32,000 nucleotides of DNA, from the NCBI GenBank assembly GCA_963765875.1, contig CAVXYK010000023.1, positions 8,802 to 40,801 of the forward strand, read 5' to 3'. Of the stretch, positions 19,159-27,926 are shown piece by piece. The stretch's first letter is position 1; each line of letters begins with the position of its first letter. The notes under the pieces were generated by a model. That model was not told the DNA's origin and did no database searches. It saw nothing but the letters and a program-made list of their open reading frames with translations. A program made the translations under genes and the position numbers. The DNA is from an uncultured Chloroflexia bacterium. GTDB lineage: Bacteria; Chloroflexota; Anaerolineae; Caldilineales; Caldilineaceae.

Positions 19159-19885
19159 ATGACGCCATTGATTGTCGTCGTGGAGGATGACGCTCAGATT
19201 CGACGCGTTGTCGAAGGCTATCTGCAACAGGACGGCTACCGCGTGTTCACCGCCACCGATGGCCCGTCGGCCTTGGCGCTGATCCAGCGCGAGCAGCCGA
19301 CGTTGATCATTCTCGATATCATGTTGCCGGACATGGATGGGCTTGAGATCGCCCGTCGCCTGCGCGCCAGCGACCATCCTGCCGTGGCCGGCGTCTACAT
19401 CATTATGCTCACAGCCCGCGTCGACGAAACGGACCGTGTCATCGGTCTGGAACTGGGCGCAGACGACTATGTGACAAAACCTTTCAGCCCGCGTGAGTTG
19501 GTGGCGCGTGTGCGTTCAGCGTTGCGAAGACTGGATACACAGCAGTTGAACGCCGACACAGGGTCAACTAAAAGCCGGCGATTTGACGCTCGATCCAACG
19601 TACCGCAGCGCTACGCTAGACGGTACGGCAGTCGATCTGACCGCCACCGAGTTCGATCTGTTGAGTCATCTGATGCGCCATCCGGATAGGCCATTCACTC
19701 GCAGCCACCTGCTCGACATCACCCAGCCCGATCCGATTGGCGATAACGCTGCCTACGAACGCACCATCGATGCGCACGTCAAAAACATTCGCCACAAACT
19801 GGGCGACGCCGGGCGGAAGAGCCGTTTCATCGAGACGGTTCACGGCATCGGCTATCGCTTCGTCCAGCAGGACCCGAAGCCATGA
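19159..19885 (+). CDS. OmpR/PhoB-family response regulator; one frame break in an A-run near 19570
   Basis: REC: [28 protein letters not shown]. Winged helix: [50 protein letters not shown]. Its stop overlaps the kinase start as ATGA at 19882-19885. Confidence 0.85.
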
Positions 19886-21290
19886 ACCGTCTCTGGATCA
19901 AGTTGCTGGGCGCGTTCGCTGTGGTCATCCTGATTGGCGTACTCGTCACGGTATTGGTGGCGCGACAGGCGGCAGCAACCCAGCTCTCCCACCTAATGAT
20001 CGGCAATCAGATGGTCAGGCCTGCCTCGTTACAGCAAGCCGTGAACAACTTCTATGCGGAACAGGGCAGTTGGGATGGCATAGACAAGCGCTTGCCGACA
20101 CTCGTGCGCGCTGCCTCGGATGGCGGCATGATGGGGGGATGATGGGCGGGATGATGGGCGGTGCAATGGGGATGTTCGACGGCCGCATCCGCGTCGCCAA
20201 TGTCCACGGAATCATTGTGGCAGACACCGCCGGACAGATCAATGTGCCGTTGGAAACGCAATCAACCGGCACCCAGTTGCCCCTCATGGACGCCAGCAAT
20301 CAGGTCGGTACACTCTACATCGACGGCCCGATAATGACGATGCCGATGGCCAATGATACGGCTCTGATGACCGGACTGACCCGCGCGATTCTGACCGGCG
20401 CTGTGATCGCCGGGCTGGTCGCATTGATCTTGGCGGCCTTTGTCGTGCGTCAGATCACCCGGCCCGTGGTCGAATTGGGCAACGCAGCGCAGCAGATTGC
20501 TGAAGGAGATCTCGCCACCCGCGTGACAATCCGCAGCGGGGATGAACTGGGTGATCTGGCAGGATCATTCAACAGCATGGCCGAGTCGTTGCAGGAACAA
20601 GAGCAGCTACGACGCAATCTGATGGCCGATATCGCGCATGAATTACGAACACCTTTGAGCGGCATCCAGGGCAATATCGAAGCGCTGCAAGACGGTGTTT
20701 TTCCGCTGACCGCCGAGAATCTGGCGCCGATTCACGAACAGACGATCCTGCTCAATCGGCTGGTAGATGATCTGCGCACGCTGGCGCTGGCCGACGCCGG
20801 TGAATTGACGCTGACAATTGAATCGATGGATCTAGGCGAACTGTTGACACGTACGCTTGACAGCTTCCGATCCCAGGCCCACGCGTCGCAGATCAGCATG
20901 AAGGTTGGCGATCTTAACGACGGGTCAACCGTCGTGGTTGCCGGCGACCGAGTACGGCTTAGCCAAGTGGCGACAAACCTCATCGACAATGCGTTGCGCC
21001 ATACATCTTCAGGCGGAACCGTCACGGTTGACATGACCCTTGAAGGAGCGACCGTGCGCTGGTCCGTCACCGACAGCGGTGAGGGCATCGCCGCGGCAGA
21101 CTTGCCCCACATCTTCGATCGGTTCTACCGCGCCGACGGCTCACGCAGCCGTTTGAGTGGTGGCAGCGGGTTGGGCCTGACCATCGTCAAGCAGATTGTC
21201 ACGGCTCACAATGGCGTCATTGATGTGATCAGTCCGCCTCCGGGGGCGCCGCGGGGAACACGGTTCACGGTGACGCTGCCCGCTGTGTGA
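19882..21290 (+). CDS. Sensor histidine kinase (2 TM, Met-rich extracytoplasmic loop, HAMP, HisKA, HATPase_c); one frame break in a G-run at 20133-20138
   Basis: TM1 [23 protein letters not shown]. Loop with [20 protein letters not shown]2 plus HAMP. H-box [15 protein letters not shown] boxes [15 protein letters not shown] and [10 protein letters not shown]. Restoring one G rejoins ORFs 19882-20142 and 19737-21290. Confidence 0.85.
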
Positions 21291-21620
21291 GCCATTTGAT
21301 TGCCTGCAGCGTTATCGCTATGCTCACACCCCGGAACAATGCCTGAGACCTGATTCGAACTCGAGAGAGATGGATAATTTTGCCATCCGCTCAAGTATGA
21401 TTTACGATCCAATATGTCTTACGATCGTACAACTCCGATGATGTGGCGAACCCGTCTGATTCTGGTTGGCCAACAATTGACACCATACGATCTTGCTGGT
21501 TGTTCCCGCGCCCACACAATCGTGGAGCGCGTTTCAGCGCGTTGTTGAGACAGAACCCATTCACAACATCGGGGTAAGCCTGCTGTCCAGACAGTAGGCG
21601 CATTCGCGGAAATCACCTTG

Positions 21621-22215
21621 ATGACAGACTCACTATTTATCGACAACCGAAACCAGCGACCCTCTGATGAGGCCTTACTACGCGCCTGTCGAACGGGCGA
21701 TGCAGCGGCATGGGAGAAACTCCTGAATCGCTACGAGCGGCTGGTCTACTCCATCGCGCGCAATACCGGCCTATCCCCCGAGGACGCCGCCGATATCACG
21801 CAACTCACGTTTAGCTATCTGTTGCAAGGCCTGGACGGCATGACTGATGAAGGCAATCTGCGTGCATGGCTGGCAACCGTGGCCAAACGCCACAGCCGTC
21901 GTCTCCTGGTTCGCCAGCTCCGCTATCAGACATCGGATATCGATGATGAGATCGTCAGCAAGCTTGCTGCCAGGCCAGGCCAAGGCCGATGGGATCGAGC
22001 GTTGGGAACTGGCTGAATGGCTGCGCAGTGGCCTAGAGCGCATCGACGAACGATGCAGACGTCTGCTTCGTGCACTCTATTTCGATCCGGACGAGCCGTC
22101 ATACGCAAACATCGCGTCATCGATCGGCATTGCCGAGGGCAGCGTCGGGCCGATCCGCGCCCGCTGCCTGAAACGACTGCGAGACTCACTGACCGATAGC
22201 GACGGCAACGCTTGA
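21621..22215 (+). CDS. ECF-type sigma-70 family RNA polymerase sigma factor; one frame break near 21960-21990
   Basis: Region 2-like: AAAWEKLLNRYERLVYSIARN..EDAADITQLTF. Region 4-like: LERIDERCRRLLRALYFD..SYANIASSIGIAEGSVGPIRARCLKRLR. Confidence 0.8.
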
Positions 22216-22333
22216 CACCCGTTCGATGCTGAAAGTCAACGTCTGTTCTACGATTGGTGTATTTTTGACCAGCGAATCGTGCAGTTAATGGATAGACATT
22301 GTTGTTTCTTGGTAGCTGTACAGCGGTACACTG

Positions 22334-22428
22334 ATAGACCGCGGATTAGGCGAATTCGGCGGACAAAACCAGATTGATTCGGATTTTATCCGCGAGAATC
22401 AGCCTCATCCGCCAAATCCGCGGTCTAT
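22334..22428. repeat. About 95-bp extended inverted-repeat element between the sigma and anti-sigma-like genes
   Basis: The 19-bp arms ATAGACCGCGGATTAGGCG (22334-22352) and CGCCAAATCCGCGGTCTAT (22410-22428) pair with one mismatch. An inner hairpin TGATTC/GAATCA encloses CGGAT-TTT-ATCCG. Confidence 0.5.
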
Positions 22429-22476
22429 TTGGATCGCAGCCTGAATAGTTACGATTTTTGTGAGCCGAACTCGATT

Positions 22477-23118
22477 ATGGATACAAATCCGATGCCAACT
22501 TGGCAACAATTGATAGACTGGATTGAAGGCAGACTATCGACGGCGGACGCCGCCATCATTGAGCAACAGGTGGCCGGCGCCGACGAAAAGACGCTGGCCG
22601 ATGTTGCCTGGATACGCGCCTTCCTACGCGTCGGCGATGAGATCGTCTTGGACGAACCGCCGGCCGAACTGCGTACTACTCTGCGAGCAAGTTTTGACGC
22701 CTACGCCGGCAAGAAGGTCGCAGAGCGGGAGACTGACGATTCTCCAAATCTACTGAATCGTCTGGTCGCCGCGCTCACATTCGACAGCGGATTGCAGCCC
22801 GGCCTTGCCGGCGCCCGCGCCGGCGATTTAGGCGCGGCTCGCCAACTGATCTACTCGACCGATACGCTCGACCTTTCGCTCAATGTTCAGCATGGGACCG
22901 ATGGCGTGCGCGTCGATGGACAAATTCTCCCGGTCAAAGACCTTACACTTGATGCCTTTCAAGTCCGAATTCAGCAGGGGACCCAGCTTGTGGCAGACAC
23001 GCCTGTCGATCCATACGGCCTCTTCTCTTTCACAAACGTCAGGCCAAACAGCTATCAGTTGCTCCTGAATATCGAAGACCTGAGCGTTTGGATTGATCCC
23101 CTAGATCTGCGTGAATAA
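22477..23118 (+). CDS. Soluble anti-sigma-factor-like protein (N-terminal helical anti-sigma-like segment without Zn ligands, C-terminal beta-sandwich-like region)
   Basis: WQQLIDWIEGRLSTADAAIIEQQVAGADEKTLADVAWIRAF resembles the N-terminus of anti-sigma factors but lacks HxxxCxxC. No TM helix. The C-terminus (GQILPVKDLTLDAFQVRIQQG..GLFSFTNVRPNSYQLLL) resembles a carboxypeptidase-regulatory-like fold. It follows the ECF gene and ends 12 nt before the CHAT gene. Start uncertain: 22429 TTG, 22477 ATG or 22492 ATG. Confidence 0.5.
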   Translation: MDTNPMPTWQQLIDWIEGRLSTADAAIIEQQVAGADEKTLADVAWIRAFLRVGDEIVLDEPPAELRTTLRASFDAYAGKKVAERETDDSPNLLNRLVAALTFDSGLQPGLAGARAGDLGAARQLIYSTDTLDLSLNVQHGTDGVRVDGQILPVKDLTLDAFQVRIQQGTQLVADTPVDPYGLFSFTNVRPNSYQLLLNIEDLSVWIDPLDLRE

Positions 23119-23130
23119 GATCGCACATCC

Positions 23131-26075
23131 ATGACAAACCTTCCCATCGTTGACGAAATCGTGGTGGAGCTGCTGGCTCTGCCCTCATTTACGCACCAGA
23201 TGGAGCTTCTGGTCGCCAACAATCTGGCGGACGAGGCCGGTCTGGCCGAGTTGCTATCCTATGCAGAAAAGGCTGCCCGCCATGATCCGTTGCAGGCGCG
23301 CGCGTTGACGCAGCTCTGTGAACAGGTTGCGATCCAGATCGCCACCCCGGCGCTGGTTCCCCGAGCAAACTACCTGAGCGCACAAACATACGTCCTGCGT
23401 GGGGATGCAGACACGGCCTTGAAACTCATCAAAATCGCCCGCAGCCAGTTCGTCGACCTGGGGATGACGGTGGATGCACTGCGCACCGATGTCGGAGCGA
23501 TGAACACGTTGACAGCGCTCGGGCGATATCACAACGCACTGGAAAGCGGCGGCGCGGCGCTCGCCCAGATCGACAACGCACTTGCAAGTGCGGACCAGGA
23601 GTCCACAGTCGCCCTGAACCTGATCCGTGCCAAGATCCATGATAACCAGGGGCCTGCTCTCTGCGAAATGGGCCGGTTCGAAGAGGCACTGACCGCATAC
23701 GATCGCGCTGAATCGATCTTTGAGTCGTTACAGATGACGGAGGATCAGGTACTTGTCCTGAACAATCGCGGTGTTGCTCTCCGCTATCTTGGCCGCGTGG
23801 ATGAGGCGCTGGACGCGTACCAGCAAGCCGCTGCCCTGTTACCCGACGCCGGATATCTGTATGCGCTGATGTTGAACAACATCGGTGACGCCCACTTGCT
23901 TCTGGGCGATTATCAGGCAAGCTTGGCTGCCCTTGCCGAGGCCCGGCGCGAGTTCTCTACGTTGGATGCGGAGTACGATCTACAGATTTGCATCAGCCAC
24001 ATGGCAGATGCCTACCTTGCGCTCAATCTATATCCGGAAGCGCTTGCGCTCTATCGAGGGGCGGTCGAAAGTCTCGAAACAACCGACTACCAATACTACC
24101 TGGGCAAGGCTCTCTGGGGGATTGGTTCGATCCATATTGCCCTGCTCGAGTTGGACGAGGCTGACGCTGTCCTCAAACAAGCCGTTGAGCTCTTCATCGG
24201 CCTAGACAACGTGCCCATTGCCGCCCAAATCATTCTGGAACAATCCGCTTTGCACGAAGCACGAGGCGATCACTCTACCGCGCTGGATGCGGCACAACAG
24301 GCGCTCGACATGCTTGGTGGTCAAGGATGGCCCGTACAACGTGTCTACGCACATCTGCGCCTGGCAGACTTGCTTCTTCCGGACAGTGAAGAAGCCGAGC
24401 GCCATCTACAACAGGTGGACACTCTGCTTCAAGATGTCGGTCTTCCTCACCTTCGCTACCGCTTCCTCCAGCGTATGGGGCGGGTGCGCCTGCTGCAAGG
24501 CAGAGATGACGAGGCGCAGCAACTGCTCGAAGCGGCAATTGCAGAGATCGAACGACTACGCAGTTCACTCGTCGATGAAGCGATGCTCGTCTCGTTTCAG
24601 CAGGACAAGATGGCAGCGTACGAAGCCCTTATCCAACTCCACCTCCAACGATTGGCCGTGGATCAGAACGACGAGCAGGCACTTCAACGCACTTTCGACC
24701 TCATCGAACGCACCAAGTCGCGTGCTCTGGTCGAACGCATCTCGGGTGCGGTGCATGCGCAAGTGCCAGAAAAGGGAGACACAGAAGGGGAAGACCAAGA
24801 AACGCTAGACCGCCTTCGACGGATACAGAATAGCCTGAACGCGATCTACAGCGATATGCTCGGGCACGACAGCGGCACGCCCGACGAACAGACAATGTCC
24901 GGAGACCGGACATTGCGAATGCGCCAACTCGGCGAACGGGCCACCAAGTTGGAACAGGATCTGACGCAGGTTCGTCTGCAACTGGCCGCACATCAGCGTG
25001 CGTCGGAACCGTTCGAGCAACCGCTGCCGTTGCCTGAAATTCAGGCAAATATGCCCGGCGATCTCAAGATCGTCAGCTATCACATTGCCGGCGACGAGGT
25101 ATTGGCGTTTGTCTTAACACATGACACCATTCATGTTGTCCGCAAGATCAGTTCGACATCAACCGTGCAAGATCAATTGGATCTGCTGGCGTCGCAGTGG
25201 AATCATCTTCGAGCCCGCAGCGCTGTCGTCGAACGCCACATCGCCAGGTTTGAGCGCAACGCACAACACATTCTGCACCAACTCTATCTCAGTCTGCTGG
25301 CGCCGCTCGAACAACTGCTCGGCCTCGACGTGGATGCGTCGGTGGGAAGGATCGTGATCGTGCCCCATGGCCTGTTGCATCAGGCGCCGTTCCAGGCACT
25401 CTATGACGGTGAGCGCTATCTGATCGAGAAGGCGGAGATCTCCTTTGCGCAAAGTGCGACCGTACTCGCTCTCTGCCAACAGCGACAACCACGTCAATCA
25501 GACCAGCTCCTGGTTTTGGGTGTGTCCGATCCCGCTATTCCGGCCGTGGAAGCAGAGGCACTGTCCATAGCCCAAGTGCTGCCACAGGCCGATCTCTTTT
25601 TGAATGAGAAAGCCGGTCTCGAAACCTTGTCTGCCAACGTGTCCGCTTGTCGAGTCCTGCACCTTGCTTGCCACGGACTCTTTCGGACTGACAACCCGAT
25701 GTTTTCAGCCCTGAAACTGTACGATGGATGGTTGACCGCGGCAGACTCTTCAGGGCTCGATCTCGATGGAGCGATTGTCGTGCTCAGCGCCTGTGAATCG
25801 GGACGGGGCGCGGTTCTGGCCGGCGACGAAACGATGGGACTCACGCGAGCGTTCTGGGGGCAGGCGCGGCCACGCTCGTTGTGAGCCAGTGGCTGGTGCA
25901 GGACGACACCGGCGCCATGTTGATGGCGGAATGGTACGCAAGGCTTGCGAGAGGGCAAAACGCTGCTGCTGCGTTGAGAGGCGCTCAGTTGGCCATCAAG
26001 AGTAGTCATCCACATCCTTACTACTGGGCTCCCTTCGTGTTGATCGGCAGCCGCTCTGCTATTTTTGACGAATAG
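23131..26075 (+). CDS. TPR-repeat / CHAT-domain (caspase-like, clan CD) protease; one frame break near 25852-25856
   Basis: About 600 aa of TPR-like helical repeats (..ALKLIKIA.., ..EALTAYDRAESIF.., ..EALDAYQQAAALL.., ..EALALYRGAVESL..). The CHAT core is VLHLACHG (His codon 25672-25674) and VVLSACESGRG (Cys codon 25792-25794). The tail ..LVVSQWLVQDD..YYWAPFVLIG continues in ORF 25881-26075. Confidence 0.85.
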
Positions 26076-26145
26076 GGCCTGATCCCAACGATCGGCCCGA
26101 CGTTGCACGGACTGCCGGTTTCTTATCGGCAAAAGGAGGAAGACG

Positions 26146-27705
26146 TTGCGAAATATCTACCACAAACTACTACTGGTTTGCGTTTTGATTGGATTGTTTC
26201 TGTTTGTAGGGGTTCCGATCGGGCACGCCGATGTCGGAGAAGATGACGATCCGGAGACAACAGAAGTCGTTGTGAAGCTGAATCCGACCGGCGGCACAAA
26301 CATTGAAGCGATCAATGCGGCATATGGCACCATCACAATCGAAGTGCTTGTCGGCAGCGCGGGAATCTACCGGTTGCGCGTGCCCGCAGCCACCACAGCC
26401 GACAAGATCGCCAATGAAATGCAAGGGGACGGACGCCTGCTCTACGCCGAACCAAACTACAGCAGCGAAGCGCCGGAAGGCAACCCACGTCATATCGGCT
26501 CGTGGGGCGGGGCGGATGAGGGCGGATCCGCCGAGCAGTACGCTTTCGACATGCTTGGACTGCCTGATGCTCATCAGTTTAGGCGCGGACAGGGCGTTGT
26601 CGTGGCCGTTCTGGACACAGGCGTCCAGCTCGACCACCCTGATCTGGCCGGCAGTTGGACGACGGCACGCTATGATTTTATCGACGATGACGACAATCCC
26701 ACTGACGTGTCGGATGGTCAGGACAACGACGGCGATGGTCACTTTGATGAGGCGTTTGGCCACGGAACCCACGTGTCGGGCATCGTGCATCTCACGGCGC
26801 CCGAGGCCAAAATCATGCCGCTGCGTGTGCTGGAAGCCGACGGGCACGGCAATATCTTCGTCATTGCTGAGGCGATTCAGTTTGCGGTCGACAACGGGGC
26901 GGATATCATCAGCCTTAGTTTGGGGTCGGCGCAGGAATCAGAGCTGATGGAAGATGTCATAAAGGATGTGATCGAAGCTCACGATGTTGTCGTTGTTGCG
27001 GCCGCCGGTAACTTGGGCAGCAATGAAAAACAGTTCCCGGCATCGGAAGAAGAGGTATTGGCCGTCACGTCCATTGATGAGCGCAGCAGGAAGTCCGACT
27101 TCGCCAACTACGGCGAGTGGATCGACGTCGCTGCGCCGGGCGAGGCCATCCTCAGCTCCTTCCCTGTGAGCGACCAGGCGACATGGAGCGGCACATCGAT
27201 GGCTGTTCCCTTTGTGTCCGGCCATGCTGCCCTGATCCGCAGTGCGCTCCCTGCCATGCAGTCCACCGAGGTCATGGCCTACATTCGGGCATCCGCCCAA
27301 TCACTGGATTCGCTGAACCCGAGTTTTGAAGACGAGCTGGGCACGGGACGGATCAATATCGGCGGCAGCATACGAGCGATATGTACCGAAGACGGCACAT
27401 GCAGCTTGCCAGACCTGACCGGAGAGATTGTCCTTGAATCGCGCGCCGTCGTCGAAAGTCGCCCAGGCGCCGGCTTTGTCGGCGTTTGGACCATCGGCGG
27501 GCACACCTTCGTTGCCGACACGAGTACAGAGATTCGAGAAGAAGATGGAGCCCTTGTCATCGGCGCCTGCGCTGATGTCGAATACCTGAACGCATCACCC
27601 TACACAGCGCTGGAAATTCGCAGTCGCGAACGGGATAAATGTCCTGTCGGTCCGACTATTCCACCATTGAACCGAAATCTATACCTTCCGGTCATCACCC
27701 GCTAA
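26146..27705 (+). CDS. Secreted subtilisin-like S8 serine peptidase with a C-terminal DUF5666-like module and LYLPVITR tail
   Basis: TTG at 26146 behind AGGAGG (26134-26139). Signal peptide MRNIYHKLLLVCVLIGLFLFVGVPIGHA. Propeptide-like region. Asp/His/Ser triad motifs VAVLDTGV, HGTHVSG and SGTSMAVP. Intact 519-aa ORF. Confidence 0.9.
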   Translation: MRNIYHKLLLVCVLIGLFLFVGVPIGHADVGEDDDPETTEVVVKLNPTGGTNIEAINAAYGTITIEVLVGSAGIYRLRVPAATTADKIANEMQGDGRLLYAEPNYSSEAPEGNPRHIGSWGGADEGGSAEQYAFDMLGLPDAHQFRRGQGVVVAVLDTGVQLDHPDLAGSWTTARYDFIDDDDNPTDVSDGQDNDGDGHFDEAFGHGTHVSGIVHLTAPEAKIMPLRVLEADGHGNIFVIAEAIQFAVDNGADIISLSLGSAQESELMEDVIKDVIEAHDVVVVAAAGNLGSNEKQFPASEEEVLAVTSIDERSRKSDFANYGEWIDVAAPGEAILSSFPVSDQATWSGTSMAVPFVSGHAALIRSALPAMQSTEVMAYIRASAQSLDSLNPSFEDELGTGRINIGGSIRAICTEDGTCSLPDLTGEIVLESRAVVESRPGAGFVGVWTIGGHTFVADTSTEIREEDGALVIGACADVEYLNASPYTALEIRSRERDKCPVGPTIPPLNRNLYLPVITR

Positions 27706-27742
27706 AATTACCCCACAACTCGGCGTCTTCATATTGCTGCAA

Positions 27743-27794
27743 TGACCCCAAAAAGCAGGCATGTTTTTGTGAACATGCCTGCTTTTTGGGGTCA
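27743..27794 (+). terminator. 23-bp perfect-stem hairpin terminator after the S8 gene
   Basis: TGACCCCAAAAAGCAGGCATGTT (27743-27765), loop tttgtg, exact complement (27772-27794), followed by TTTAGTATT. Confidence 0.65.
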
Positions 27795-27926
27795 TTTAGT
27801 ATTCCATTTCCACCAATTTCAGAATCTGGTGTATTTTCGCGCCGCCGGTGGTGCAGTTATAGAGCGGAGGACAGCATTGTCCTGCAACTGTCGGGTTTGT
27901 ATTAGTCATGAGCTTGGAGGATAGAA

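Noticed and set aside
21329-21360. GGAACA-N17-TCGAA as an ECF-type autoregulatory promoter
   Set aside because: The -10 does not match the usual CGT-type element. It lies about 270 nt from the sigma start, and no matching motif was found before 26146 or 27927.
21345-21362. GATTCGAAC-like string as a tRNA T-arm
   Set aside because: No acceptor, D or anticodon stems can be built around it.
21621-26075. Calling the sigma/CHAT genes a type III-E CRISPR-Cas locus
   Set aside because: No Cas7-11/gRAMP-sized gene, cas1/cas2 or repeat-spacer array is present anywhere in the 32 kb. Only the architectural analogy is retained.
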